Part shown: positions 1 through 9,189 of the stretch, piece by piece
Layout of the letters: every line of letters starts with the position of its first letter
Numbering within the stretch: position 1 is the first letter of the stretch
Origin: Chloroflexota bacterium
Lineage (GTDB): Bacteria > Chloroflexota > Dehalococcoidia > UBA2979
Direction of reading: 5' to 3'
NCBI GenBank assembly: GCA_027593235.1
Contig: JAQCIU010000015.1
Span: forward strand, 8,847-72,846
DNA length: 64,000 bases
Program-made: the position numbers and the translations under genes
The notes under the pieces: generated by a model
The model's input: the letters and a program-made list of their open reading frames with translations, nothing else
Told to the model about the DNA's origin: nothing
Database searches by the model: none

Positions 1-228
1 GAAGGGCATGAGGACGGGGCGTTCTTCGGCGAGCAGACGCTCGAGGCGCATGCGCATCGTGAGGAACTCATCGTCGCGGAGGTGGGCGAGGACGACGCGC
101 GGCGACCACTCGTTCCCCCAGGCCTTGTCGAACAGCGCCTCGTCCGAGGCGGCGACGAGCTCCTCGAGGATGCGCGGCGTGGCATCGAGGGTGGCGACGA
201 GGTCGAGGTTCGGTTGGGCGGAGGTCAT
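1..228 (-). CDS. DinB-family protein (partial, runs off window start)
   Basis: Manual translation from ATG 228: MTSAQPNLDLVATLDATPRILEELV...EWSPRVVLAHLRDDEFL...RLERLLAEERPVLMPF. WS..(L)AHL.D.E is a DinB_2-type motif. Not in the ORF track. Confidence 0.7.
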   Translation of the reverse strand, partial: MTSAQPNLDLVATLDATPRILEELVAASDEALFDKAWGNEWSPRVVLAHLRDDEFLTMRMRLERLLAEERPVLMPF

Positions 229-250
229 CGGAGCAGTGTAGGCATCGCTA

Positions 251-922
251 TCAGCGGGGCGAAACCAGTACGTGCGTCAGGATCACGCGGTCCTGGAAGC
301 CGATGCGTTCGTAGACGCGGCGGGCGGTGGTGTTGGCTTCGACGACGTGGAGGAATGGCGTCTCGTCACGCGCCCAGATCCGGCGCGCGATCTCCGCGGT
401 GAGGGCGGCGGCGAGGCCACGGCCGCGGTGCTCCGGATCGGTGCAGACGGCGCTCACCTCGGTCATGCCGGGGAGGACGAGGCGTTCGCCGGCCATCGCG
501 ATCAGCCGCCCGCCCTCGCGGATCCCGATGAACTGGCCGAGCTGGTGGGTGCGCGCGGCGAACGGACCGGGACGTGTGGCGAGGGCGAGCGCGAGCATCT
601 CCGGGGCGTCGTCGTCGGTCAGCTCAAGGAAGCGGATCTCCTCGAATGCCGGGGGCGGCGCGGCGCCGACCATCTGCACGACGGTGCCACGGTGTGCGAT
701 GGACCAGTCATCGGGGACCTCGGCACTGAGGCGGAGCATGTGGACCGCCTCGCCATCGCGGATCAGTGGCCGCAGCGCGGCCCACGAGGCAGGCGACGCC
801 TGATCCGGGAGCGCGGCGATCTGGTTCACCTCGGGGTGGTATCGCCGGGCCTCGGCGACCGTTTCGGCAAACGGGGATTGCCGCTCGAGGGAGTGCCAGG
901 CGGGGTTATCGAGGAGTTCCAT
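251..922 (-). CDS. GNAT (FR47-like) acetyltransferase
   Basis: LDNPAWHSL N-terminus, TRPGPF, AMAGER, EVSAVCTDPEHRGRGLA acetyl-CoA motif; start at ATG 922. Confidence 0.85.
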   Translation of the reverse strand: MELLDNPAWHSLERQSPFAETVAEARRYHPEVNQIAALPDQASPASWAALRPLIRDGEAVHMLRLSAEVPDDWSIAHRGTVVQMVGAAPPPAFEEIRFLELTDDDAPEMLALALATRPGPFAARTHQLGQFIGIREGGRLIAMAGERLVLPGMTEVSAVCTDPEHRGRGLAAALTAEIARRIWARDETPFLHVVEANTTARRVYERIGFQDRVILTHVLVSPR

Positions 923-1018
923 CGCCCGATGGTAGCGGCGGGGAGCGGTTCGGCGGGCGGTAGCGTCCTCGTAGAATGCCGCCGTCTGGGTGGGCGGACG
1001 TAGGTGGAGGGATGCGCG

Positions 1019-2398
1019 ATGACGGTGGTGATTCACGACGCGACGATCGTGACGGTCGACGCGGGTCGGCGGGTGCTTCACGGCGAGGCGATCGCGATCG
1101 AGGGCGACCGCATCGCGGCGATCGGACCGAACGCCGAGGTGCTGGCGAGCTATCCGGGTGCGGAGGTGATCGACGGGCGCGGGAAGGCGGTGCTGCCGGG
1201 TTTCGCGAACTGCCACACGCATTTCGGGCTGACGATCTCGCGGGGTGTCCAGGAGGACTTCTCGTTCCCATCGACGCTGCGCTTCCCGAAGAACGTCGCT
1301 GACTACCTGGACGACGACGAAAAGTCCGTGATGGCGCAGCTAGGCGCCCTGGAGTCGATCCGATCGGGGACGACGGCGCCGTTCGAGATCGCGCGGAATA
1401 TCGAGGTGTACGCGCAGGCGATGGCGGACACGGGGCTGCGGATCTCGCTGGGCGAGGCGGCGCACGACCTCGATCAGCAGCGCGCGGTCTGGGAGGGGCG
1501 GTTCGAGTTCGACGAGGCGCGCGGGGAGGCGGCCCTCGAACGGATCGATTCGCTGTACGCGCGGTTCGATGGGGCGGCGGATGGGCGGGTGCGGGTGGTA
1601 CCGGCGGCGCACGCGCCGGAGGCGGTGTCGCCGCGGCTGCTGCGCGAGATCCGCGATCGCGCGGAGCGGTGGGACCGGCCGTCAACGATTCACCTCAACC
1701 AGTCGTGGTGGGAGGTGGAGGCGGTCAAACAGACGCGCGGGGTGCTGCCGACGGAGTACCTGTTCCAGCACGATTTCCTCTGGAATCGGCTGATCGGCGG
1801 GCACTGTCGCTGCATGACGACGGCGGAGATCTCGCTGTTCGGGCGAGCGCGGGGGATCGTTTCATTCAATTCGGCGATCGCTGCGCGCCGTGGCTATGGC
1901 GTGCGCGCCGGCGATCTGGAGGCGGCGGGCGCGACGATCGTGATGGGCTCGGACAACATGGCCGAGGACATGGTGGAGGTGATGCGCACCGGCCTGTTCA
2001 TGGAGCGGGTGCGAACGGGAGACGGCGAGCGACCGACGCCCGAGGACGTCCTGCAGTGGGCGACGGCGAACGGCCACCGTGCGTTGGGCCTCGAGGAATC
2101 AGGCACGCTTGAGGTGGGCCGGAAGGCGGACCTGATCGTGGTCGAGACGCGGCGGGCGCACCTGGTGCCCTCGATGCGGTTCGTGTCGGCGTTCGTGCAC
2201 CAGGGGACGCCGGCGGACATCGAGTCTGTGATGGTGGACGGCCGCTGGCTGATGCGCGACAGCGTGGTGCTGACGATGGACGAGCCGGGGATCATCGCAG
2301 AGGCGGATCGGATCGGGCGGCGTGCGTGGCGACAGCTCCTGGCGGACTACCCGGACGTGCCGTTACCGATCGCCCTCGATATCCGCGACCTCGGGTAG
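1019..2398 (+). CDS. Metal-dependent amidohydrolase (AtzA/MtaD-like deaminase/chlorohydrolase family)
   Basis: PGFANCHTH (HxH), IHLNQ, GHC, GSDN, GTLEVGRKADL; GGAGG RBS before ATG 1019. Confidence 0.85.
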   Translation: MTVVIHDATIVTVDAGRRVLHGEAIAIEGDRIAAIGPNAEVLASYPGAEVIDGRGKAVLPGFANCHTHFGLTISRGVQEDFSFPSTLRFPKNVADYLDDDEKSVMAQLGALESIRSGTTAPFEIARNIEVYAQAMADTGLRISLGEAAHDLDQQRAVWEGRFEFDEARGEAALERIDSLYARFDGAADGRVRVVPAAHAPEAVSPRLLREIRDRAERWDRPSTIHLNQSWWEVEAVKQTRGVLPTEYLFQHDFLWNRLIGGHCRCMTTAEISLFGRARGIVSFNSAIAARRGYGVRAGDLEAAGATIVMGSDNMAEDMVEVMRTGLFMERVRTGDGERPTPEDVLQWATANGHRALGLEESGTLEVGRKADLIVVETRRAHLVPSMRFVSAFVHQGTPADIESVMVDGRWLMRDSVVLTMDEPGIIAEADRIGRRAWRQLLADYPDVPLPIALDIRDLG

Positions 2399-2414
2399 GC
2401 GGTTTGGGGCCTGG

Positions 2415-3176
2415 TCAGGCGAGCGGTCGCTTCGAGGGCATCCCGGCGCGCCGCGGGTAGCGATCGTCGAGTGGGCCGTCGCGGCGCACCAGGATCACCT
2501 GCTGCGGGGGGACGCCGTCCGGGAGGGACAGCGGAACTGGATCGAGCGCAACGCCGCCGAGGGCGCTGATCGCGCCGGCCGCCTCCGTGAGTTCGTCCTC
2601 GGCGCGGCTGCCTTTCGGCGAAGCGAGGACGCCGCCGACGCGGAGCAGGGGCAGCGCGTATTCGACGAGGACGGGAAGCGGCGCGACGGCGCGCGCGACA
2701 ACGAGGTCGAAGGTGTCACGCAGGGCGGGGTCGCGTCCGGCGTCCTCGGCGCGGGCGTTGACGACCTCGGTGGTGTCGAGCGCGAGCGCGGCGACGAGGG
2801 CTTCGAGGAAGTCGCAGCGGCGACGCTGCGATTCGATCAGGACGAGCTGGAGCGCTGGCTCCGCGATGCGCATCGGCACGCCGGGAATTCCGCCACCGGC
2901 GCCGATGTCCGCGACGCGAGCGGCATGATCGACCTCGAGGGCGCCGGCGGCGCGGAGGGCGACGAGCAGCGCGAGCGATTCTCCGAAGAGGCGGCGCTGG
3001 ACCTCGTCACGATCGGTGATAGCGGTGAGGGCCGCGCGGGCATTGGCGCCCTCGAGGAGCGAGCCGTAGGCGGCGAAGGCGGCACGCTGCGGATCGGTGA
3101 GCGCGAGGCCGAGACGGGTGAGCTCACCCTCGAGCGCGTCGAGTGTCCAGCGATCGTTGGGAGCGTCAGTCGACAT
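2415..3176 (-). CDS. rsmG: 16S rRNA (guanine-N7)-methyltransferase RsmG/GidB
   Basis: DIGAGGGIPG SAM motif, RAE, FDLVVARAVA, C-terminal YPRRAGMPSKRPL. Confidence 0.92.
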   Translation of the reverse strand: MSTDAPNDRWTLDALEGELTRLGLALTDPQRAAFAAYGSLLEGANARAALTAITDRDEVQRRLFGESLALLVALRAAGALEVDHAARVADIGAGGGIPGVPMRIAEPALQLVLIESQRRRCDFLEALVAALALDTTEVVNARAEDAGRDPALRDTFDLVVARAVAPLPVLVEYALPLLRVGGVLASPKGSRAEDELTEAAGAISALGGVALDPVPLSLPDGVPPQQVILVRRDGPLDDRYPRRAGMPSKRPLA

Positions 3177-3339
3177 GGGTTCCGTTCGTTGGTCCGTGAT
3201 AGAGCGGGCGTGTGCGGATTGACAGGCGGAGCCGTGCATCTTCTAGACTGCGAGGTAAGCAATCAACCGCCCAGATCCACGCGGCTCGTCCCGCGCAGAG
3301 CGCCTGCTGTCCCGGCGTACGTAACGGAAGGACCGCCCG

Positions 3340-4143
3340 ATGGCGGAGCCTATCACCGCGAACGAAGCATTGAGTCACTTCGTGAACTCGCTCGAACCTG
3401 AAAAGGTCGGGGTCGAGCGCCCGATGGTGGAGCTGTTTATCAACTGGTTCGGCGCGACACGGATGATGTCCGAGCTGAGCGGACCGGTTGTCAGCCGCTA
3501 CCTGGTTGAGGTGACGTCCAGCGAGGCACACGACCCCAGTCAACTGGAGCCGCTGCGCGCGTTCCTCGCGTACTCCTCGCGGGTTGCGTTCACAGTGGAG
3601 AACCTGGTTCCGTTCCTGAAGCTCGAAGGCGACCACGGCGGCGCGCGCGGGTTGCACGGCGCGGCCGAGGAGCTTGGCGGCAAGGCGTTCCACGTCACCC
3701 GCGAGGGGCTGCAGTCGCTGGAGGCCCAGCTTGAGGTGCTGAAGGCGGAGCGCCCGTCGATCGCAGACAAGCTGCGGGCGGCAATGGCGGACAAGGATTT
3801 CCGCGAGAACGCGCCGCTAGACGCCGCCCGCGACGAGCAGGCCCACCTGGAGGCGAAGATCCGGGAGACCGAGGACCGGCTCCGTCACGCCGTGATTATC
3901 GACGCCGGCGCCAAGGGCGGCCGCGCGAACGTTGGTTCCGTGGTGAAGCTGCTGAACCTGGATCAGGGGCGGGAGCAGGAGTTCACGCTGGTCAGCCAGG
4001 CCGAGGTGGATCCGGCGAAGGGCAAGATCTCGATGGAATCGCCGATCGGCGTGGCGCTGCGTAACCGCGGCCAGGGCGAAGAAGTGGTGGTCGAGGCGCC
4101 GTCCGGGAGGATTCGTTTCAAGGTGCTGGAGGTTCGCGGCTAG
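3340..4143 (+). CDS. greA: Transcription elongation factor GreA with ~100-aa N-terminal extension
   Basis: DFRENAPLDAAR tip motif; EVDPAKGKISMESPIGVAL...VEAPSG C-terminal domain. Confidence 0.9.
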   Translation: MAEPITANEALSHFVNSLEPEKVGVERPMVELFINWFGATRMMSELSGPVVSRYLVEVTSSEAHDPSQLEPLRAFLAYSSRVAFTVENLVPFLKLEGDHGGARGLHGAAEELGGKAFHVTREGLQSLEAQLEVLKAERPSIADKLRAAMADKDFRENAPLDAARDEQAHLEAKIRETEDRLRHAVIIDAGAKGGRANVGSVVKLLNLDQGREQEFTLVSQAEVDPAKGKISMESPIGVALRNRGQGEEVVVEAPSGRIRFKVLEVRG

Positions 4144-4168
4144 CGGCACGAGCAGCATCCGGACACAA

Positions 4169-4196
4169 CAAGAGCGGGCCGTACGGCCCGCTCTTG
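4169..4196. terminator. Perfect 28-bp palindrome between convergent genes (likely bidirectional terminator)
   Basis: CAAGAGCGGGCC-GTAC-GGCCCGCTCTTG. Confidence 0.7.
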
Positions 4197-4216
4197 CTAT
4201 TCGGACATGCTGCGAC

Positions 4217-4318
4217 CTACGGGATCTTGCAGATGTCCCCGTCGCAGTAGAGCGAGATCGCCGTCAGCATCTCGGCGACGAGCGCGTGGCGCTCCACTAC
4301 CGGTCGTTCGTAGCGCAT
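4217..4318 (-). CDS. 33-aa small peptide, RiPP-precursor-like (MRYERPVVERHALVAEMLTAISLYCDGDICKIP)
   Basis: AGGATAAGG upstream of ATG 4318; fills the ctaB-terminator gap; YxxP leader-like start and CxxxxC tail. Confidence 0.55.
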   Translation of the reverse strand: MRYERPVVERHALVAEMLTAISLYCDGDICKIP

Positions 4319-4412
4319 GGCATACCTTATCCTGTGCGTGTTTCTGCTGTGAATCCGGCTCGAAGCTAGTAGCTGCCATGTTGTGGAATCATATGAGTCT
4401 CGCTCGGGGGTG

Positions 4413-5324
4413 CTACCCGAATAGCAGTCGGTCGACCGCCATGCTGCCGAAGAGGAGCGCGAGGTAGCTAGTCGAGTAGCGGAACATGGCGGGCGCGGCA
4501 GACACGCCGGGGGTGCGGTAGAGCCGCCAGGCGACCATGACGAAGCCGATGCCGCCGACGAGTGCCACGGCAAAGTACAACCCCCCGAGGCGCGCGGTGA
4601 TGCCAAGGGCGATCGTGACGGCGACGGTGAGGATGGCCCAGACGAGTGTCTGTTGCTTCGTCTCGGTCTCGCCACGCACGGCTGGGAGCATTGGGATCTT
4701 GGCGTCGCGGTAGTCATCCGCCAGCAGCAGCGCGAGCGCCCAGAAGTGCGGAGGCTGCCACGCGAAGACGACGAGGAAGAGGAGCACGCCGGTCCATTCG
4801 ATGGAACCGGTGACGGCGACCCAGCCGATCAACGGCGGCGCGGCGCCGGCGACGCCGCCGAGCACCGTGTTGTGCACGGTCGTCCGCTTGAGCCACATGC
4901 TGTAGACGACGACGTAGAAGAGGAACGCGCCGACCCCGAGGACGGCGGCGAGCGCGTTGACGGTGAGGGTGAGCCAGAAGCCGGAGGCGATGCCCATCGT
5001 CCAGCCGATGATTGCGGCGTGGTGGGCGGGGATGCGACCGGACGGGATGGGGCGGGAGCGCGTACGCACCATGATGTCGTCGATGTCGCGGTCGATGTAC
5101 ATGTTGACGGCGCCGGCGCCGCCAGCAGCGAGGACGCCGCCGATCAACGTCGCGAGGACCAACCAGCCGTCCGGCCAGTCCTCGGTCGCCAGGACCATTG
5201 CGGGGACGGTGGTGATCAGCAGCAGCAGGATGATCGAGGGCTTGATCAGGACGAAGTAGTCACGGGCCACCGCGCCGATGCCGCGGTTCCTGGCTGCCGG
5301 ATGCACGTCGCTCACGCTGGTCAT
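4413..5324 (-). CDS. ctaB: Heme o synthase (protoheme IX farnesyltransferase)
   Basis: NMYIDRDIDDIMVRTRSRPIPSG, WLKR, GAAPPLIGW, WQPPHFWAL. Confidence 0.95.
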   Translation of the reverse strand: MTSVSDVHPAARNRGIGAVARDYFVLIKPSIILLLLITTVPAMVLATEDWPDGWLVLATLIGGVLAAGGAGAVNMYIDRDIDDIMVRTRSRPIPSGRIPAHHAAIIGWTMGIASGFWLTLTVNALAAVLGVGAFLFYVVVYSMWLKRTTVHNTVLGGVAGAAPPLIGWVAVTGSIEWTGVLLFLVVFAWQPPHFWALALLLADDYRDAKIPMLPAVRGETETKQQTLVWAILTVAVTIALGITARLGGLYFAVALVGGIGFVMVAWRLYRTPGVSAAPAMFRYSTSYLALLFGSMAVDRLLFG

Positions 5325-5432
5325 CGCCGGTCCCGAGGTTCCCTGGCGGGGGTGCCGCTGAATTCTCGGCATGCTACGACGACCGCCCATTCCGTGCTTG
5401 TTCATTGGTCATCGCGCGCCGGAAGCTTCGGA

Positions 5433-5654
5433 CTATGACTCCGAGGTTGGCGCCGCCGTTGCGGACGCCGGTGGCTCTGGCGTCGCCGGTTGCGGCGTCG
5501 GCGCGACGCCTTCGTACTCCGCGAGGCGCTCCTCAAGGGTTTCGACCTCGCTCTGGAGGCTGCGCAGGCGCATCTGGAGGAGCAGGAGGTAGACGAAGAG
5601 GCCGGCCCAGAAGACGGCGAAGCCGGCGAAGAGGAACTCCAGGTTGTCTTCCAT
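5433..5654 (-). CDS. ccmD: CcmD-family small membrane protein
   Basis: Single TM (FLFAGFAVFWAGLFVY) plus coiled coil, directly after ccmC. Confidence 0.75.
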   Translation of the reverse strand: MEDNLEFLFAGFAVFWAGLFVYLLLLQMRLRSLQSEVETLEERLAEYEGVAPTPQPATPEPPASATAAPTSES

Positions 5655-6448
5655 CAGCCAGCCGTCCCGTGATCGAGGCGAGCGCGCATCCGGTCGGTGC
5701 GCTGGCCAAGTTGCTCCGCCTCACTGCGCAACGCGACGAGCCAGAGCATCAGGAAGGTGATCGCGATGAAGCCGAGGAACAGCACGAAGAGCATCTCGCC
5801 GGGCATCGAGGGCCGCGAATCGAAAACGATGCGCTGGGGGTGGAGCGTGCGCCACCAGTCGACGGAGAAGTGGATGATCGGGATATCGATGAACCCGATG
5901 ACGGCGAAGATGGCGGAATAGCGGGCGGCCTGCTCGTCGTTCGGTCCACCGACCGATCGTGCGAGGAGGTAGGCGGTATAGATGAGCAGGAGCACCAACG
6001 TGGAGGTGAGCCGCGCGTCCCAGGTCCAGTAGACGCCCCAGGTGGGCTTCCCCCAGATCGCGCCGGTGGCGAGCGTCAGCACGGTGAAAAGCACGCCGAC
6101 GGTGGCGGCCCCGCGGGCGACGGCGTCCCAGCGGATGTCGCGCGTGGTCAGGAAGGCGACCGAGGCGATGGCGGTGATCAGGAACGACATGTAGGTGCCA
6201 ACGCTGGCGGATGGCACGTGGAGGTACATCAGGCGTTGGACCTCGCCCTCGATGATCTCGCGCGGTGCGGCGAGGGTCGCTCCGACGAGCATCGCCATCA
6301 TCGTGACGCCGGAGAGCGCGGGGAGCAGCGTCCAGCGGGCGCGGTAGGCGGGCAGCGTGGCCCAGCGGAACGCGGCGAGCAGACCGCGGAGCAGGGTGGT
6401 GGGGAGCGACGGCCCGCGATCCGAGCTGGAACCGACGACGGTGCTCAT
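5654..6448 (-). CDS. ccmC: Heme chaperone assembly protein CcmC
   Basis: YLHVP, WGKPTWGVYWTWDARLT (WWD domain), WWRTLHP. Confidence 0.93.
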   Translation of the reverse strand: MSTVVGSSSDRGPSLPTTLLRGLLAAFRWATLPAYRARWTLLPALSGVTMMAMLVGATLAAPREIIEGEVQRLMYLHVPSASVGTYMSFLITAIASVAFLTTRDIRWDAVARGAATVGVLFTVLTLATGAIWGKPTWGVYWTWDARLTSTLVLLLIYTAYLLARSVGGPNDEQAARYSAIFAVIGFIDIPIIHFSVDWWRTLHPQRIVFDSRPSMPGEMLFVLFLGFIAITFLMLWLVALRSEAEQLGQRTDRMRARLDHGTAG

Positions 6449-7101
6449 CGTTCCACCGCGAGCGGGAAGAGGAGCAGGCCGCCGAGGGTGCTCCACAACG
6501 CGAACATCGTGAGGAGCAGCAGCCAGGGGGCGGATCCGGCGGGTTCACCGAGGGCGGCGCCCGTTGCGCGGACACCGGCGATCAACAGCGGGACCAGCAA
6601 CGGCAACGCCAGCACCGGCAACAGGACGGCGCGTGCGCGTGCTCGACTGCCCAGCGTGGACAGGAGCGTGGTGAGCGAGACGTAGCCAGTAGTTCCGATG
6701 GCGACCACCAGGATGAGTTCGCCGGTGAGAAGGGCGGTGTCGAACAGCATAGTGCCGACGACCAGCAGGGCCAATTCGATCACGAGCAACGCGACGAGGT
6801 TGGTGAGCACCTTGCCGAGGTAGATCGCGGCGGGGGAAACCGGCGCGACGAGCATCGCGTCGAACGTCCCGGCGTCCGATTCGCGTTGGAAGGACTGGCT
6901 GCTGGCGAAGATCCCGACAAAGAGGAAGGTGGTCCAGAGGACCCCCGGGAGCAGGGGACGAATGTCCGCCGTGGCGAGATCGAAGGCGAATGAGTAAACC
7001 AGCACGCTGATCGCGGCGAAGGCGAAGGCGGAGAGCCAGCCGCTGCGATCGCGCCAGGCGAGCTGCAGGTCCTTGCGGAGCACTACCAGCGTCGGGTTCA
7101 T
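6445..7101 (-). CDS. ccmB: Heme exporter permease CcmB
   Basis: KDL..WR, F.RE.DAGT, LLPVLALPLLVP; position in ccm operon. Confidence 0.9.
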   Translation of the reverse strand: MNPTLVVLRKDLQLAWRDRSGWLSAFAFAAISVLVYSFAFDLATADIRPLLPGVLWTTFLFVGIFASSQSFQRESDAGTFDAMLVAPVSPAAIYLGKVLTNLVALLVIELALLVVGTMLFDTALLTGELILVVAIGTTGYVSLTTLLSTLGSRARARAVLLPVLALPLLVPLLIAGVRATGAALGEPAGSAPWLLLLTMFALWSTLGGLLLFPLAVER

Positions 7102-7826
7102 GGTCGCGCTCCGGCTGCCTCGAGCGTCGCGTCGGCCGTTGGTTCGGCGGTCCGGGCGAGCGTTGCGGGTACCTCGATGACACGACCGCGGTCGAGGCGG
7201 AGCACGCCGGTCGCCCAGTGGGCGGTGCGCTCCACGAGGTGCGTGGCGGCGAGGACGGTGACGGCGGGGTCGCTCATGACCAGTTCGTCCAGCAGTTCGA
7301 CACCGGACGGATCGAGCCCGGTCTCGGGCTCGTCCAGCAGCATCACGGACGGGCGATGGATGAGGGCGCGCGCGATCGCGAGGCGCTGGTGATAGCCGCG
7401 CGAGAATACCTGCGCGGGTTCGCGGCGACGTTGCCAGAGACCGACGGCGCGGAGCAACTCCTCGATGCGGGTCGCGGCGTCCGGGATGCCGTAGAGGCGA
7501 GCGAAGAACTGGAGGTTCTCCAGCGGCGACAGCTCTTCGTAGATCATGGGCAGGTGAGCGAGCACGCCGATGCTGCGGCGAAGCTCCGGCGGGTTCGCGC
7601 GGAGCGGGTAGCCGGCGACGATCGCGTCGCCGCTGTTGGGCGTGATGAGCGACGACAGGATCCCCAGCAGGGTGCTCTTGCCGGCACCGTTGGGACCGAG
7701 CAGCGCGATCTTGGATCCGGGCTCCAGCGTGAAGGTGGCGTCGCTGACCACGTCCACGCCGCCGTAGCGCTTGGTGAGTGCGGTGGCGGCGACGGCGGGC
7801 GGTGCCAGTGGGGCGGCCGAGGTCAT
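7098..7826 (-). CDS. ccmA: Heme exporter ATP-binding protein CcmA
   Basis: GPNGAGKS Walker A, FSRG signature, LLDEP. Confidence 0.9.
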   Translation of the reverse strand: MTSAAPLAPPAVAATALTKRYGGVDVVSDATFTLEPGSKIALLGPNGAGKSTLLGILSSLITPNSGDAIVAGYPLRANPPELRRSIGVLAHLPMIYEELSPLENLQFFARLYGIPDAATRIEELLRAVGLWQRRREPAQVFSRGYHQRLAIARALIHRPSVMLLDEPETGLDPSGVELLDELVMSDPAVTVLAATHLVERTAHWATGVLRLDRGRVIEVPATLARTAEPTADATLEAAGARP

Positions 7827-8866
7827 GCCGTGCGCCCGCGTATCCGCTGGAGTCCGACGGCGGCTCCGGAGACGACGAGTAGCGCGAGCAGGGCTCCGAC
7901 GACCGCGCCAGCGCCCGAGGTGAGCGGGTGCGAGTTGCGTTCGATGCCGGAGAGACCGCGCAGGTCAGCGATCAAGCCTTGCCCGGGGGTAGCTGGGCTG
8001 GTGCGTTCGATCACGGTCAGCGGTTCGCTCCCGCTCCCGCTCTCGAACGCTTCGTCGGCCCCGAGTGTGGCGTCGTCGCCAACCGGGCGGACCTCGCGGA
8101 GGAAGCGCTGGGGGACGCGGATCGCCATCCGGTCGGTGTTTACGGGGGCGGTGATGCGCAAGCGGTACTCATCCTTGTCGGCTTCGTAGCGGACCGTATA
8201 CCGGGTCACGACGGAGGTCACGCCGGGGCGGAGCGGTGTAGCAACGGCGACCGTGCCGCCGTCGAAGCGGTAGTCCTCGTCGTCGGCTTCCATTCCACCG
8301 GCGTCGGTGGTGTTCTCCGGCACGGGTAGGCGCAGCGTGATGCCATCCTCGGCGCCGACGTAGATCAGCGGCTCATCGAGGGCGATGGCGTCTTCACGGA
8401 TGAACGTGAGTTCGGCGCGTTCGCGGTCGATCGCAAGCAGCGTGACGGTGGTCGTTTCGATGCGGAGTTCCGGTGCGGTCGCGGTGGTGGCGTAGACCTC
8501 GAAGTCCGCGGACACGGTCGGGGCGTCGGGGGAGAGGACGAGCGGGTTGCTGAGGTACTGGATGTCCTCGTAGGTGACGAGGACGAAGTAGCTGGTGTTC
8601 AGTTCGATATCGAGCTGGAGTTCGTAGCGACCGGTGCTGGTGACCGTCTCGGCGACGGCGCTGACTTCGCCACCCTGCGGGAAGGCGAGCACCTCGACGT
8701 TGGCCTCGCCCAGCGAGGCGTCGGGCGTGAGCAGGCGGATAGCGCCGCTGACGGTACCGCGTGTGGGACCGTCACCAGCGGCGGCGAGCGCGGGCGCACC
8801 GACAGCAAGCGTGATCGCGAGGAGCAACGCGAGGGCAGTCAGAGCCGGGGTGCGACGGGCGATCAG
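7823..8866 (-). CDS. Secreted, C-terminally anchored beta-rich protein (carboxypeptidase-regulatory-like domain) in ccm operon
   Basis: Signal peptide LTALALLLAITLAVGAPALA, beta-rich body, C-terminal TM. The upstream part of the ORF-track call overlaps other genes; the plausible start is CTG at 8866. Confidence 0.7.
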   Translation of the reverse strand: MIARRTPALTALALLLAITLAVGAPALAAAGDGPTRGTVSGAIRLLTPDASLGEANVEVLAFPQGGEVSAVAETVTSTGRYELQLDIELNTSYFVLVTYEDIQYLSNPLVLSPDAPTVSADFEVYATTATAPELRIETTTVTLLAIDRERAELTFIREDAIALDEPLIYVGAEDGITLRLPVPENTTDAGGMEADDEDYRFDGGTVAVATPLRPGVTSVVTRYTVRYEADKDEYRLRITAPVNTDRMAIRVPQRFLREVRPVGDDATLGADEAFESGSGSEPLTVIERTSPATPGQGLIADLRGLSGIERNSHPLTSGAGAVVGALLALLVVSGAAVGLQRIRGRTA

Positions 8867-9189
8867 GATCCGGCCTCGGTTGGTGCGGGGGTTTGGGCGG
8901 CGGTTGGGGCGGGCGCTGGGAGGTCGAGCGGCTCGTTTAGCGACTGCAGCGCCTCGGTGACGGCCCGGAGATCGGGGGCGAGTGCACGGCGACCGGTGCG
9001 GCGGTCCTCGGCGGAGATGCGGCCGAGGGCGAGATCTTGATCGAGCTCCGCGAGTTCGCCTAGGAGCGCGCCACGCTGCATGCGAAGGCGATCGGCCGCG
9101 GTGGCATCGATGAAGACGTCCTCGTTGCGGGGCCAGCCGACGTAGGCCGCGGCGGCGGCGGCGACGAGGAGCAGCAGCAGCCACTCCAT
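8863..9189 (-). CDS. CcmI-like N-terminal domain protein
   Basis: MEWLLLLLVAAAAAAYVGWP TM, then L.ELDQDLALGRISAED as in the CcmI N-terminus. Confidence 0.7.
   Translation of the reverse strand: MEWLLLLLVAAAAAAYVGWPRNEDVFIDATAADRLRMQRGALLGELAELDQDLALGRISAEDRRTGRRALAPDLRAVTEALQSLNEPLDLPAPAPTAAQTPAPTEAGS

Noticed and set aside
4197-4379. 60-aa ORF from the track
   Set aside because: No RBS and Arg-rich composition; the overlapping 33-aa frame has a better RBS and motif content
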